Positions 11,816-24,105 of a DNA stretch of 64,000 nt are shown here, one piece after another (position 1 is the first letter of the stretch; the number at the start of each line of letters is the position of its first letter). The notes under the pieces are model-generated. The model was not told where the DNA came from, made no database searches, and saw only the letters and a program-made list of their open reading frames with translations. The translations under genes were made by a program, and so were the position numbers. This DNA comes from an uncultured Planctomycetota bacterium (GTDB lineage: Bacteria; Planctomycetota; Planctomycetia; Isosphaerales; Isosphaeraceae): the NCBI GenBank assembly GCA_963823665.1, contig CAWGMQ010000010.1, positions 1,408,001-1,472,000 of the forward strand. The letters run 5' to 3'.

Positions 11816-12128
11816 GGCCGAAAGGATCTCGAATCAAGAAGTTGACGCTTTTGAACCGGATGAGCAAAAGCCGGTTTTCTCGTCAGCGCGCTGGTCGCAC
11901 GCCGTCTGACTGACTCAGAAGTTCCTAATCCGCCTTCATCGCAACGGCTCCCGCACCAGCCAGGGCGGGGACGCTCCGGCTTGCTCCGCGCACCGGGGTT
12001 CGCCTTCGCGGGCACGACGTTCCCGGGAACGGTGGCGCCGCCGCCACCCTTCGTCGCTTTCGCCTTGGGTGCCGCCTTCTTGCCAGGCGCACCGCCGCCG
12101 CCACCTCTGCCGCCCCTGCCGAAACCCT

Positions 12129-13905
12129 TCATGCTCTCCTGCTCTTCCGGCGTGTAGCTCTTCTTCTTCTGGCTGGCCTCGGGCCCGGCCCCGGACCCGT
12201 TTGAGGGCCCAAGAAGATCGCGTCCTTGGGGAACACGGGCTTGGGCCGTTGCGGCATGTCCTTGGGCGGCTTTAGCGCCGCCGGGATCTCCACCGGCTGC
12301 GTCAGCATCGGCACGGCCGCGGCCTCCATGATGCTCATGAGCGAGCCGGGCATCACACCGAAGATCACGACCACGATCGCTCCCAGGACGATCGGCGCGG
12401 CGATTGCGCGACTCGCCGGCGCCAGCCGCTTGTCGCCCGGCGGCCGCAGGAACATTGCCTTCAAGACCCGCACGTAGTAAAACGCCGAGACAACCGAATT
12501 CAACAGCCCGAGCGCCACCAGGTAGATCAGGCTCACCGGCTGGTTCGTCGTCGGTTGATTGAGCGCTTCCATGAACACATACAACTTGCCGAAAAACCCC
12601 GCCAGTGGAGGTATGCCGATCAGCGAGAGCATGAGCACCAAAATCGAAACCGCCAAGAGCGGCTGCTGGAACCCGAGCCCGTTCAAGTCGTCGATGTTGT
12701 CGCTGTTCTTGTCGCGCACCAGCCACGCCGCGGCGGCGAATGCGCCGACGTTGGCGAAAGCGTAGACGATCAAATAGTAAAGGACCGCACCGGCGGCCTT
12801 CGAGTCGGCCGCCACGCTCACAGCGGCCACTCCCACCAGGATGTAGCCGGCGTGAGCAATCGAGGAGTACGCCAGCATTCGCTTGAGATTCCGCTGCGCC
12901 AGCGCCGCAAAGTTGCCGTAGGTCATCGTGACGGCCGCAATCACCGCAACGATTCCGATCCAGCCCGGCCCGAGCACGCTCGTCGACGGGTTGGACCACG
13001 GCAATAGCGCGTGCAGGAACACCTTCATCATGGCGACGAAGCTGGCAAGCTTCGAGCCCGTCGCGATCCACGCGGCCACGGGAGCGGGCGCACCCTCGTA
13101 TGCGTCGGGCGCCCACTGGTGAAACGGCACCGCGGCAATCTTGAACCCGAAGCCCACCATCAAGAGCAGAATGGCCGTCGCGCCGGCCACGTTACCGCCC
13201 AAGCCAGGCGTTCCCGCTGTCCGGAGCAGCTTCTGGATCCCGTCAAGCTGCGTCGTCCCGGTCATGCCGTAGATCAGGCTCAGGCCGAAGAGGAACAGCG
13301 CTGACGACACCGAGCCATACACGAAATACTTGAGCCCCGCCTCGGCAGAGCGCTGGCGAGTCTTTTCGAGTGCCGTGCTCAGATACAGGCAGATCGTCAT
13401 CGTTTCGAGCGTCAAGAACAGCGTGACCAGCTCCTCGGCCGCGGTCAAGAGCATCATGCCGACCGTGGCCCAGAACAGAAGCGCGAAGTACTCACCCAGC
13501 TCCTCGGTGAACGACGACGACATCGAAAGGCCGACCACCAGGCCCAGCAGTCCGACGAAGAGCAGGTTGAAGATCGTGCTCTGCATGTCTCCGGCGATCG
13601 TACCGAAGAAGATCACCGGGTCGGTATTGTGCAGGTATTTGGCGAAGGTGTCGCTGATCCACCAGCGCTCCTCGCCCGGCGCGCCCCGGACAAACAGCGG
13701 CACGAGGCACACAATCGCCGCGGTCAGCAAACGCCAGCGCAATTCCCAAGAGCGAAAGCATGCCGACGCGATAGCGCCGAACCTCCAAACTCGCGCGCCG
13801 GGCCAGCCCCAGATCAACGAGGAGCACCAGCAGCCCCCAGACCGTGAGCACAATCTCCGGTGCAACAAAGAACACGTCATAATAGTTGAAATTGGGCTCG
13901 GACAT
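12129..13905 (-). CDS. nuoN: NADH-quinone oxidoreductase subunit N (frameshift at ~13730; low-complexity tail may extend to ~11910)
   Basis: EAGLKYF, GFKIAAVPFHQWAPDAYEGAP, LKRMLAYSSIAHAGY, GIPPLAGFFGK. Confidence 0.93.
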
Positions 13906-13960
13906 CGATGGACTCGCGATATTGATCGATCGATTCAGACCGGCCGGGGACAGGCGGCCG

Positions 13961-14293
13961 TCAGCCTTCCAGGCTGTCGTAACGGTCCACGTCAGCGGCG
14001 TGCCAGCGGCGATAGCACAGCAAGATCAAGCCGATCCCCACCGCGACCTCGGAGGCCGCCACCGTCAGCACCATGATGGCCAGCACGATCCCGCCAATCG
14101 GCCCGGCTTCGGGCCGTTCCGGCCCGTATCGCCAGAAGGCGACGAGATTCACATTGGCCGCGTTGAGCATGATCTCAATCGCCATCAGCACCGCGATCGC
14201 ATTCCGGCGCACCAGCACCCCCGCCAGCCCGATCGCGAACGAGGCGGCCGCGAAATACAAAAACCAGTTGAGCGGAATGTCTGTAGTCATCAA
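13961..14293 (-). CDS. nuoK: NADH-quinone oxidoreductase subunit K
   Basis: RRNAIAVLMAIEIMLNAAN; VAASEVAVG. Confidence 0.95.
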   Translation of the reverse strand: MMTTDIPLNWFLYFAAASFAIGLAGVLVRRNAIAVLMAIEIMLNAANVNLVAFWRYGPERPEAGPIGGIVLAIMVLTVAASEVAVGIGLILLCYRRWHAADVDRYDSLEG

Positions 14294-14973
14294 TTTTCCC
14301 CCGCACCCGCCGTAACCGGCGCCACCGCCAAAGGCGATTCCTGCCCGTTCCCGGAAGCTTCCCCCGCACCCGCAATCGCCGATCGTTTCGAGGCGCGCCC
14401 AGCCGCCGGCGGTAGCTCTTCGCGATGTGCGATCGCAATCGCACCCACGAGCGCGGCGGTCAGCAGCAACCCGGCCACTTCGAAGGCGATCATGTACCGA
14501 CTCACCAGCTCGTTGCCGACAGCCCTGGCCATGTTGCCCACCGCCTGAGAGCGGTCGGCAGGCCCGTCAGGATTGTATTTCTCGATCGGGGGACGCAATT
14601 CGAGCGTCGCCCACGATTTCTGATTGCCAAGCGGCCGCTGCGAGCTGATCCCGTAGGCCAGCACGGCGAACACGAGCAGCCCGGTCGCGATTCCCGGTAG
14701 CTTCCACACAGAGAGCGTGCTGGTCGGGTCATCGCCCTGGATGTTTCGCGTCAGCATGATGCCGAACATCAGCAGAATCGCGACCGCACCGATGTAGACC
14801 AGCACCTGCAAGGCCGCCAGGAACTCGGCCTCGAGCAGCACGAAGATGCACGCGACCGCGAAGAAGAACCCGATGAGGTAAAGCGCCGCCCGCACGAGGT
14901 TCCGCGCCAGAATCGTTCCCAGCGCCGCCAGGAGCCCCACCGCTGCGATCACCACGAACAACACCTGGATCAC
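14290..14973 (-). CDS. nuoJ: NADH-quinone oxidoreductase subunit J
   Basis: AEFLAALQVLVYIGAVAIL; FEVAGLLL; GTG start at 14973. Confidence 0.93.
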   Translation of the reverse strand: MIQVLFVVIAAVGLLAALGTILARNLVRAALYLIGFFFAVACIFVLLEAEFLAALQVLVYIGAVAILLMFGIMLTRNIQGDDPTSTLSVWKLPGIATGLLVFAVLAYGISSQRPLGNQKSWATLELRPPIEKYNPDGPADRSQAVGNMARAVGNELVSRYMIAFEVAGLLLTAALVGAIAIAHREELPPAAGRASKRSAIAGAGEASGNGQESPLAVAPVTAGAGEN

Positions 14974-16243
14974 GGATGCAGCTCCATTCTCTGCGGCCGC
15001 CTCGATCCGACCGATGGCCAGTCCGAGCCGAGCGGGGCCGCGGCACTCACGCTCCGGTTGAGCCTGAAGACAAGCCAGATCGCAAAGAGCACGATCGGGC
15101 CCGTCACGAGCGTCCCCAACACCCAGTTGCCCAGGTCGCAGGGTGCCCGGCCGGATCACGAACTCATACCAGATTGCCGCAACCAGAACATTGACGATCG
15201 CCAGCGGCACAAGGTACTTCCACGCAAAATTCATCAACCGGTCGACCCGCATCCGCGGCAAGGTTGCCCGGACCCAGAACATCAGGAAGATGAAGCACAG
15301 CACCTTCCCCATGAACACGGCGAGCAGGATGAAGTCGACGAAAATGTAAGCCACCGTTTTCGAGCCCGCGTTCAAGAACGTCGTCGGAAACTCGACAAAC
15401 GGGATCGGCGTCCCCCCGCCCAGGAACAGGGCTGTCGCCAGACAGCTCACGGCGAAAACGCTCAGATACTCGGCGAGGAAGAACAAGCCGAACCGCATGC
15501 CCGAATACTCGGTGTGATACCCGGCGATGATCTCCGACTCGGCCTCCGGCAGGTCAAACGGCGTTCGGTTCACCTCGGCGATGCTCGAGATCAAGAGCGT
15601 GATGAACGCCAGCACTCCCGGCGGCGAGAAGATGAACCAGCCGAATTCAACCTGCTTGTCGAAGATCGTGACCAGGCTGAGACTCCCCGCCCAGAGCACG
15701 ATCGGCACCAGCGAGAGCACCTGTGGAACCTCGTACGAGACGAGCTGCGCCACCGACCGCATCGATCCCAGCAACGAATACTTGTTCCGGCTCGACCACC
15801 CCGCGAGGAAGATGCCCAGCGGGGAAAGACTTGAGACAGCGACGAGGTAGACCACCCCGCTCGGGAGATTCACTGGCGCCATCCCCATCGCGAACGGAAT
15901 CACCGCGATCACCAGAAACGCGGAGACGATCACGAGAACCGGCGCCAGCAGGTGCACCCATCGATCGGCGTCGCGCGGGATCAGGTCTTCCTTGGTGATC
16001 AGTTTGAGCGCGTCGGCAATCGGTTGCAACAGCCCGAGCGGCCCCACCCGGTTGGGCCCGATCCGGTCCTGAAACCGCGCCGCCACTTTCCGCTCGAGCC
16101 AAACCATGTAGGCCACGATGCCCGGAAACACGCCGAAGAAGCCCACCACCAGCCAGGCACCCCAGCGACCAGTAGGTCCCACTTCCGAGCTCAACGGCCT
16201 GATCCTGCGCGAAAATCACCCAAAATGGATTCGCGTCTCCCAT
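14970..16243 (-). CDS. nuoH: NADH-quinone oxidoreductase subunit H (frameshifts near 16160 and 15140)
   Basis: ERKVAARFQDRIGPNRVGP, AEVNRTPFDLPEAESE, RATLPRMRVD. Confidence 0.93.
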
Positions 16244-16611
16244 CAAACCCACTTCAGCACCCCCTTCGCCCAGGCGTAAACCAGCCCCACCGCGAGAATC
16301 AGCAGGAAGACAACCATCTCGAAAAGCGGAAAGAGCCCGAGCTTTCCAAACGTCTCGTACGCCGCCGCCCAGGGAAAGAGAAACACCGTCTCGATATCGA
16401 AAACGACAAACATGATCGCATAGATGTAGTATTGAATGCGGAACCGCACCCAGGTCTCACCGTAAGTCTTCACGCCACACTCGTAAGCATCGCCCTTGGC
16501 CAGCGTCCCCTTCCGCGGCGCGAGTATCCCCTGGATCATCACCGGCGCAAGCGCAAAGACGATTGCCACCAAGAGCAGCAAGCCAACGAAGATATAGTTA
16601 TAAAGCACCAC
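16243..16611 (-). CDS. nuoA: NADH-quinone oxidoreductase subunit A
   Basis: YECG; YYIYAIMFVVFDIETVFLFPWA; KGVLKW. Confidence 0.95.
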   Translation of the reverse strand: MVLYNYIFVGLLLLVAIVFALAPVMIQGILAPRKGTLAKGDAYECGVKTYGETWVRFRIQYYIYAIMFVVFDIETVFLFPWAAAYETFGKLGLFPLFEMVVFLLILAVGLVYAWAKGVLKWV

Positions 16612-16679
16612 GTCGATTTCTCCGCTTCACCACCATGTTTCTCAGACGCGACTCAATCCAGAATCTAAAATCCAAAATC

Positions 16680-16940
16680 TCACCCGAGTGTCTTGATCTC
16701 GGTTTCCGCGTCCACGGTCACCAGCGTGCGCTCGCCGCTTTCTCGTTCCAGCTCCAGCGTCTTCTGGTGGCAGTATGGGGTCTTTCCCCCCATCTCGATT
16801 CCCCCCACCGGCCGCCAGCCTTCCCCGACCACGACGCCTTCGACCTGCGTCGACCAGCGGCGATGGCCCACGCGTATCTGCTGTGTCACGCGAACTCGGG
16901 TGCCGGGCGGATACTGTGGCTCAGGTGGCGAGGGAATCAT
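16680..16940 (-). CDS. Small beta-rich hypothetical protein inside the nuo operon
   Basis: MIPSPPEPQYPPGTRVRVTQQI...; same strand between nuoI and nuoA. Confidence 0.7.
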   Translation of the reverse strand: MIPSPPEPQYPPGTRVRVTQQIRVGHRRWSTQVEGVVVGEGWRPVGGIEMGGKTPYCHQKTLELERESGERTLVTVDAETEIKTLG

Positions 16941-17014
16941 GCGTCGGTTCTTCTCTCGGGTGGGAAAGAGCGAACATCTTAATGGCTGGAAAATCCGCTT
17001 GCAACTACCCGAAG

Positions 17015-17716
17015 TCACGCCTTGGCCGGCGCGGCAGCGGGCTTGGCCGCCGGTTTCGATGCGGCGAGGGCCTTTTGAAGCCGCCCGTCCTTCTTCTTCG
17101 CAACCTTGTTCCGCTCGGTCACCTCGTCGCTCGAAGCCCAGGCTTCGGGGTGGGTCTTGGCGTAGAAGTCGCTCGAAACCAGCAAATCTTGCAGGTCGAA
17201 AATGTGGGTCTGGTGCCGCTCGTAATTCGATAGCTCGAAATTGTGGTCCATCTTGATCGCGTCGAACGGGCAGTATTCCGAGCAGAGCCCGCAGTTCATG
17301 CAGACGTCCATGTCGATATAAAAGTCTTCGGGCAACGGAACGACCGTCCCCTTGGGGCTCTTGGCCTGCGCCATCCAAATGCACTGCGGCGGGCAAACCT
17401 TCGCACAGATGTTGCACGACGTGCAGCGCACGTTGCCGTCTTCCGTGTCGTAGATCAGAACGGGCAAGACGCGAAACCGCTCGTAGACCGGCAGCCGCTC
17501 GTCCGGATACTCGACCGTGAACAGGCCGTCGGTCTTGAAGTCCTGCTGGACGGTCGGTTCGTCGCCGCGACCCGGCGTGCGGAAGAGATCGATGAAAAAC
17601 GTGCCGCCGCCGCGGCGTTTCAGCCCGTTTCCCGCCCGGATGTCGCGCCAGAACGTCAGCGCGAATCGCCGTAACGTGATGAAATGCCCCCGGATCACCC
17701 CGGCACCAATGCTCAT
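17015..17716 (-). CDS. nuoI: NADH-quinone oxidoreductase subunit I
   Basis: TVEYPDE; CTSCNICAKVCP and CMNCGLCSEYCP 4Fe-4S motifs. Confidence 0.95.
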   Translation of the reverse strand: MSIGAGVIRGHFITLRRFALTFWRDIRAGNGLKRRGGGTFFIDLFRTPGRGDEPTVQQDFKTDGLFTVEYPDERLPVYERFRVLPVLIYDTEDGNVRCTSCNICAKVCPPQCIWMAQAKSPKGTVVPLPEDFYIDMDVCMNCGLCSEYCPFDAIKMDHNFELSNYERHQTHIFDLQDLLVSSDFYAKTHPEAWASSDEVTERNKVAKKKDGRLQKALAASKPAAKPAAAPAKA

Positions 17717-17776
17717 CGCCTCTCCTCTTCCCGGATTGCTGAAAATCACCCGCCTGATCCCACCCAGACACATTCT

Positions 17777-20485
17777 CTAGCGGTCGACCTCGCCCAGGAC
17801 GATGTCCAGGCTTCCCAGAATTCCGACCACGTCCGCGATCGTGTGATTCAGGCACATCGCCTCGAGCGCGGTCAGGTTGATGAAGCTCGGGCTGCGGACG
17901 TGATAGCGATAAGCCGACGGCGACCCGTCGGCATAGACGTAATAGCCCAGCTCGCCCTTGGGGTTCTCGACCCGTGAATACGCCTCGCCGGCCGGCACCT
18001 TGATCTGGTAGCTCTTTTTGCCGGGGATGATCGGCCCGCCGGGGATATCCCGCACGGCTTGCTTGAGGATCCGCGCGCTCTCACGCATTTCTTGAAGCCG
18101 CACCCAGTACCGGTCGTAGAGATCGCCTTTTGACCCGGTGACAACCTGGAAATCAAAGCGGTCGTAGATGCTGTACGGGGCTGCCCGGCGGATGTCGTAG
18201 TTCACGTTCGAGGCACGCAGCACCGGCCCGGCCGTCGAGAAGTTGATCGCCTGCTCCCTCGTCAAGACGCCTATTCCCTTGGTGCGGTCGAGCACGATCT
18301 CATTCTCGGAGAGGTATCGGTCGAGCTCGTCGATCTTCTTGTCGATCCGGTCGTTGACGATGCCCCGGCAGCGCTCGATCCAGCCTGGCGGCAGGTCGAA
18401 TGCGACCCCGCCGAACCGGAAGTAGTTGCACATCATCCGGCTGCCCGCGGCCCATTCGAAGAGGTCCAGAATCAGCTCACGTTCTTCGATGCAATAGAGC
18501 GCCGGGGTGAAAAACGCGCCCAAGTCGTTGAGCAGGAAGCCGATCGACCACATGTGGCTGGCGATCCGCGTCAGCTCGGCCATGATCACGCGGATGTACT
18601 CGGCTCGCTCCGGCGGCTTCGAGTCCTCGCCCATCAGTTGCTCGACAGCCAGCGCGTAGCCGAAGTTGTTCCCCATGCTCGTCAGGTAGTCGAGCCGGTC
18701 GGTGAACGGGAAGTTCATCAGGAACGTATTCCGCTCGCCGATCTTCTCGTGATTGCGATGCATGTAGCCCATGACCGGCTTGAGCCCGATGATCGTCTCG
18801 CCATCGACCCGCAGGTTCAGCCGGAACACGCCGTGGGTGCTTGGGTGCTGCGGCCCCATGCTCACGATGAACTGGTCGGTGCCGAGCTCCTCGATCTCGA
18901 CCCCGCCCGGCAAGAGCCCCACCCCCTTCGGGTCGCTGGCGCTCGAGAGGCTTGCCCAGTCCTTATAGTCCGCCGGAACCTTCATGTTGGTCCCGTACGG
19001 ATTGATCTCTTCGGCGCGGAAGTGCTGGCCGAAGCCTTCGTCCACCCGGCTGGGAAACACCTTCTGAGGGGCTTCGTAATAGGGCTCGAGGAAATCTTTG
19101 CGAAGGGGATAGTAAGCGAAGCCTTCCCACATGAGGATGCGCGAAAGGCTGGGGTGGCCCGTGAACCGCACGCCCATCATGTCGTAGACCTCGCGCTCCT
19201 GGAAGTCGGCGCCGCGATAGACGTGATAGAGCGAAGGAACCTCGCCCGCACCTTCCGCTTCAGCCGTGCGCACCCGCAGCTCGATCAGCTTGCCGGGCTT
19301 GTCGATCGAGTCAAGCTGGTAGTTGACCTCGATGCAATCTTCAAAGTGCACGCTCTGCAAGCTGGCCAGGTAGTCGTACTTGATCGGGTTCTTGTCGCGC
19401 AGATAAAGGGCCACGTCCACCAGCTTTTCCGGCGGCACGAGGAGCGCCGCCTGCACGATGGTGGCGGTCCCTTCGCCCAGCGCCGAGTTCAGGGCCGCGG
19501 CCAGATCGGTGAGCCCGGGCATGCCCAGCCAGACCAGGGTCGGCCGCGCCTCGGCCTTCTTCGCCTTCTTGCCGCCAGCGGGCTTCGCCGCCGGTGCCGG
19601 GGCAGGGGCGGCCGCCTCCGCGGCCGGCGGAGCCGCTTCCACCGATTCGCCTCGTTGCTTGGCGCGGATCATCTCGATCTTGCTCATCGCTTTGGACGCT
19701 GCGGGAGCCGGCGCCGCCCCATCGGGGGTTTCGGTCGCGACTGGCTCGGGTTGTGGGGCGGGGATCTTGGCGGGCTTCTCCACCTTGGCCTCGCGGGCGT
19801 CGACCAGTCCCTGCGCAGTTTTCTCGGCGGCGATCTCCACCGTGCGCAGATCGATCAGGTCCGGCCCCAGCACAGGGATCGGTATATCTCGTTCCACCTC
19901 GCTGCCGTACCACGGCGCGAACCCCTTCTTGTTGAGGAGTGGAATCTCGAGCCGCTCGCCGTCGATCTTCTTCTGGAGGACGATCAATCCGTTCAAGAGC
20001 GCCTGGGGCGTCGGCGGGCAGCCCGGGATATACACGTCGACCGGGATGTATTTGTCGACGCCGGACACGACGTTGTAGCCTTCCTTGAACGGCCCGCCAC
20101 CGGTGGCGCAGGCGCCCATCGCGATCACGTATTTCGGCTCGGGCATCTGGTCGTAGAGCCGTGCGATCATGGGCATCATCGTCTTGGTGACGGTGCCCGA
20201 GACGATCATCAGGTCGGCCTGTCGGGGCGAGCCCCGGAAGACCTCGGCGCCGAAGCGTGCGATGTCAAACCGGCTCGAGGCCGTGCAGATCATCTCGATC
20301 GCGCAGCATGCCAGGCCGAATCCCAGCGGCCAGAGTGCCGAGCGACGGCCCCAGTTGTAGACCGTATCGATGATCCCGAGCAACTGGTCCCATTTCGTGA
20401 CCAGAACGTATTGCTCCAATTCCTTCTGGAGCACCGGATCGATCACCGTGCTCCACTGCGGGCGCGTGACTGTCGCGTTCGTCAT
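17777..20485 (-). CDS. nuoBCD: Fused NADH-quinone oxidoreductase subunits B/C/D
   Basis: GLACCAIEM and PGCPP (B); EREVYDMMG and PLRKDF (C); [13 protein letters not shown] and GEVDR (D) in one frame, with an Ala/Pro/Lys linker after B. Confidence 0.93.
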   Translation of the reverse strand: MTNATVTRPQWSTVIDPVLQKELEQYVLVTKWDQLLGIIDTVYNWGRRSALWPLGFGLACCAIEMICTASSRFDIARFGAEVFRGSPRQADLMIVSGTVTKTMMPMIARLYDQMPEPKYVIAMGACATGGGPFKEGYNVVSGVDKYIPVDVYIPGCPPTPQALLNGLIVLQKKIDGERLEIPLLNKKGFAPWYGSEVERDIPIPVLGPDLIDLRTVEIAAEKTAQGLVDAREAKVEKPAKIPAPQPEPVATETPDGAAPAPAASKAMSKIEMIRAKQRGESVEAAPPAAEAAAPAPAPAAKPAGGKKAKKAEARPTLVWLGMPGLTDLAAALNSALGEGTATIVQAALLVPPEKLVDVALYLRDKNPIKYDYLASLQSVHFEDCIEVNYQLDSIDKPGKLIELRVRTAEAEGAGEVPSLYHVYRGADFQEREVYDMMGVRFTGHPSLSRILMWEGFAYYPLRKDFLEPYYEAPQKVFPSRVDEGFGQHFRAEEINPYGTNMKVPADYKDWASLSSASDPKGVGLLPGGVEIEELGTDQFIVSMGPQHPSTHGVFRLNLRVDGETIIGLKPVMGYMHRNHEKIGERNTFLMNFPFTDRLDYLTSMGNNFGYALAVEQLMGEDSKPPERAEYIRVIMAELTRIASHMWSIGFLLNDLGAFFTPALYCIEERELILDLFEWAAGSRMMCNYFRFGGVAFDLPPGWIERCRGIVNDRIDKKIDELDRYLSENEIVLDRTKGIGVLTREQAINFSTAGPVLRASNVNYDIRRAAPYSIYDRFDFQVVTGSKGDLYDRYWVRLQEMRESARILKQAVRDIPGGPIIPGKKSYQIKVPAGEAYSRVENPKGELGYYVYADGSPSAYRYHVRSPSFINLTALEAMCLNHTIADVVGILGSLDIVLGEVDR

Positions 20486-20741
20486 GGTGTGTCGTCTGTA
20501 CCTGGAAGGTTGCCGATGCCGAGGCGGCATGTTCTCTAGCTTTGCGGCCTATCGTAGCCCGGTGAGCGTTCGTTCGCCAGTGGCTGCCACCATCGGGCTC
20601 GACGGCACCCCGGGCGGGTGACGGATCGCCATGCCGATCGGGCTGGATTCCTCCGGGTTGCACCGAAGCCGCCTGCGATGTCCTCTTTTCGGCAGATCCT
20701 CATCTTCCCGGTGTCGCCTCGCCTCGCCCATAATGGCACTC

Positions 20742-20999
20742 ATGGAACGTCCCCTGCTGCAAATCAGTGTCGCCACCATGCTTCGCCTCGTGGCGTGCAT
20801 TGCGCTCAATATCTGGCTCTTCCGCGTCGGTATCTTCTGGGGAATCCTGGGCTTGAATGTCACCAAGCACGTGATGATCGCCTATTTGTGCGGCGCTCTG
20901 GGCGTCGATCGCCGCCAGGGGAGCCCGCCAGCAGCGGCAACGGCGCCCGCGTCAGCACCCGGGTCCCATCTCCCGGCGCCGCATCTGCCTGTTGCGTAA
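20742..20999 (+). CDS. Small membrane protein
   Basis: Hydrophobic 85-aa ORF divergent from the nuo operon. Confidence 0.6.
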   Translation: MERPLLQISVATMLRLVACIALNIWLFRVGIFWGILGLNVTKHVMIAYLCGALGVDRRQGSPPAAATAPASAPGSHLPAPHLPVA

Positions 21000-21149
21000 C
21001 ATGGCCGGAAGCCTTTACCTGCGCCGCACAGGTTGCAATTGATGCTGCGAGCGATGTGCTCGCGCGTGAAAGCGTGCTCAGTCGGAACTCGAGTGGGCGC
21101 CTTGCGGCTTCGCGACTAGAATACGGCCCCTTAGCTCAGGAGGAAACAC

Positions 21150-21668
21150 GTGGACCGAACTCGAGCACGGAAGCTCTTGCTGGTCGAGGACGAAGGCACC
21201 CTGCGGGGATTGATCGCTCAGTTCCTGCGGTGCGACGGTTTCGAGGTGGTCGAGGCCGCCGACGGCGGTGAGGCCCTCGACGCCTACTCGGCGCGGCGAC
21301 CCTTTGATGTGGTCTTGCTTGACCTCAATCTGCCCGTTTTCTGCGGGATCGAGGTCTGCCGCCGGATCAAGATGCAGGATCCGGCTCAGCCGGTGCTGAT
21401 CTGCAGCGCGGCGATCCTCGATGCGGACGTCGAAATCCTCCGGACGCTCGACGTCGATCGTTACCTGACCAAGCCGTATCATCCGCTCGAGCTTTTGGCC
21501 GAGATCGCCGCGGCGACTCGGACGGTGCCCGAAGCCGGTGCGGCGCGGGCTGATCGCTCGCATGGGCCGGCGGTGGGCTTGCATCGAGCGCCCGGACGCT
21601 CCCTTCTGCCGCTCAATTCCGAGCGCGCGGAAGCCCAAACTCTGGCGAAATGCCCCGTCCTTGATTAA
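21150..21668 (+). CDS. Single-domain response regulator
   Basis: LLVEDE, VVLLDLNLP, LTKPY receiver motifs. Confidence 0.9.
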   Translation: MDRTRARKLLLVEDEGTLRGLIAQFLRCDGFEVVEAADGGEALDAYSARRPFDVVLLDLNLPVFCGIEVCRRIKMQDPAQPVLICSAAILDADVEILRTLDVDRYLTKPYHPLELLAEIAAATRTVPEAGAARADRSHGPAVGLHRAPGRSLLPLNSERAEAQTLAKCPVLD

Positions 21669-21768
21669 AATGCTCGGCCGTAGGGTCGTCCTCTCAGGGC
21701 CTTTTGGTCTTTACTGGTGAGAGTGGCGGCATCGCATCTCGAGGTGTTTTTGCGCGAAGGACGGTTTC

Positions 21769-22321
21769 ATGGCCCGAAAACCTCTGAATCGGCTTGATCT
21801 GCGGCGACAACGTGAAGCCGCCGAACCGCTTGACCCCATGGAAGACGAGGCCGAGGAAGCGGCAGAAGAAGTCGAGGAAGAGGAAGTTGTCGACAAGAAG
21901 CCGAAGAAGAAGCCGAAGGCCGCGCCCAAGTCGCGGGCCAAATCAGCCCGGCCGGGTAAGCCGGCGGCGCGGATGCGTATCGTGTGGGTTGTCTTGAACG
22001 ATGCGTTCAAGCCGGTGGGCACGTTCGAATACAACCAGAAAGAGGCGGCCGACGCCCGCGCGGCCGAGCTGACCGCGAAGGGAAAGGGCACGCACTTCGT
22101 CCAGCGCACCAAGGAGGCGATGGCCGAAGACGCTCCCGGCTTGGGCGCAGATTCCTCGTACCGTTGCTCCTGCCACCAAGACATCGAAGAAAGCCGCCGC
22201 CGCTGCCGCCGCCGCCGCCGCCGCGGCTGCCGCCGCGGCCGTTGAAGACGACGAAGAGGTTGAGGACGAAGAGGAAAGCGAAGTCGATGTCGCCGAAGAC
22301 GCCGACGACGAGGACGAATGA
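21769..22321 (+). CDS. Acidic/basic low-complexity hypothetical protein (frameshift at ~22150)
   Basis: MARKPLNRLDLRRQREAAE...RMRIVWVVLND..F; Ala-rich and Asp/Glu-rich tail in a shifted frame. Confidence 0.7.
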
Positions 22322-24105
22322 GCGAGCCCCCGGTCGCGGACGCTCGGGATCAGTTGCGAGCGCCTCGACACCACTCGATGCTGATCCGAACATCGACTTC
22401 GGACCGTTCCGTGCTGCGCAGCTAGCAGACTACCAAGGCACTCCGGAGCGCCATCTGTACTACTACTTACTTCACGTCGATGAACACTCCGAGGTATTGC
22501 CAAGGGCGTTCGACCTGGCGATCACCCGGCTGAGGCAAGCAGATCAACTCGCTAAAGAACTGCCTGACGAACTGAATCTCCGGCCTGGATGACTTGAGCC
22601 AAGGCTTGCAGGCAATGCGGGCTTCGTGGCTCGACCAGCGGGCCCAACTATCGGCAGCCCTGAGAGATTTGACCAGAGAGAAATGCGAGTACCTGCTCAA
22701 ACAATTCGCCCCGACGGCCTTGCTGGACGGCTGCTGGCTGCAGAATTTCTCTTCTGCCGCAACGTCGCACAAGGAACTGACTGCAGGGATGCTCAAGCTC
22801 TATTCTTATGAGGTCGGCGACGGCTATCCCGCTCAACATCACGGCAACACCTATCGCGATCTCGTGCACAGCATGGGGATCTACCTGCCGGAAGCAGGGT
22901 CGTTCTATTTCATCGAGCAGCGCGACGTGATCGACGCCTCGTTCAGTTATCCGGTGTTCCTCCTGTCTATCTCGCAATTTCCCCGATCGTTCACGCCTGA
23001 AATCCTGGGCTTGAGTCTGTTTTATTACGTCTGCGGAATCTGCCAGCTCTACCTCGCGCTGCGCGACCGGCTCGAGCAGTTCGGAGCAGGTATCAGATTC
23101 TTGAACATACATTTGATGGGCACATCCATTGAGGGGCGGGCCGAAACGGCCATCCGGATGGTCAGACACTACATGGAGAGGGCCGCCGACCATGCCGCCG
23201 GCGACATTGATCGATACTGAGGTCGAGTCCGGCGTGGCTTCGTCGCGGCTTTTCGGGCGTCGCGGGAGGGGCTGGACCGAGGTGTTCGGTTCGCTCGCTC
23301 ATCCCCGAAAAGCCAGCGTGAAAAAATGATCGAGCCGATCGCTCGAAAAGCACATCATGCCAGCGGCTATCACGCGGCAACGATGATGCATGGCAAGAGC
23401 ATCGATGATTGGTTGAATCCTGACGACCTGGATCCGGAGCAGTTTCTGGCTGCTTTTGCCCGGTCGCGCTATGTCAAGCCAGGCGACTCGAAGGGGAGTC
23501 TTTTACTCTCCGAGCTCACCGCGTTCGGCGGATCGACGTTTCGAGTCTTCCCGCCCGATGAGCTGCAAGTGATCGCCGACTGGTTCGACAGTCTTCCACG
23601 AACATTTCCCCGACGTTCGGCCTTTCGCAGAGCACTTCGCGTTACGTTGGCTTGACCGGGCGGGTACACGGCTGAGGCATGGCGTTCGGCCGATCCCATT
23701 TGAGCCCTACGAGCATCAAGCCCTGGACTCGTGGCTCGATGCGCAGCACAGGCGGCAGGTTGGCTCATACAAAAAGCACACAGGCGAGCCGCTCCAGATG
23801 CGGGAGCAGGTTATTGAAGCCACGGTCCAGGCGGCTCCCATGATTCTCATCGACGGGGCTTGGGTTCAGAACGCGGGCAACGCGAGCACGAGCCACAGCC
23901 AGGTCGGGAGCAAACTGTTTCACATCTACGTTGACGAGGTCGGCAACGGCGAGGTAAAGCTCAACCACCGCAACGTCCATCGCGAGCTTCTGGCACAGAT
24001 GCAGGTTGAGCTGCCCGAGTTCGGAACGCTGGAATTCAGTCGATGGCCGGGCTTTCGCCCTCAAGCGTTCCAGGTTCCGGTATTCTGGCTCTGCATCTCC
24101 CCCAG
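22318..24105 (+). pseudogene. Heme-oxygenase-like iron-containing redox enzyme with two domains, disrupted and 3'-truncated
   Basis: Two copies of Q.AP..L.DG.W.Q...EVG.G....H.N..R.L; in-frame TGA at 23218-23220, further breaks, abrupt end after FWLCIS. Confidence 0.75.

Noticed and set aside
14290..16194. Apparent NuoH-NuoJ fusion in the ORF track
   Set aside because: The joining segment is out-of-frame sequence after an indel near 15140; nuoJ has its own GTG overlapping the nuoH stop.
18554..20539. Long opposite-strand ORFs (also 38785..40359 and 257..1606)
   Set aside because: These are antisense shadows of real genes, expected in high-GC DNA.
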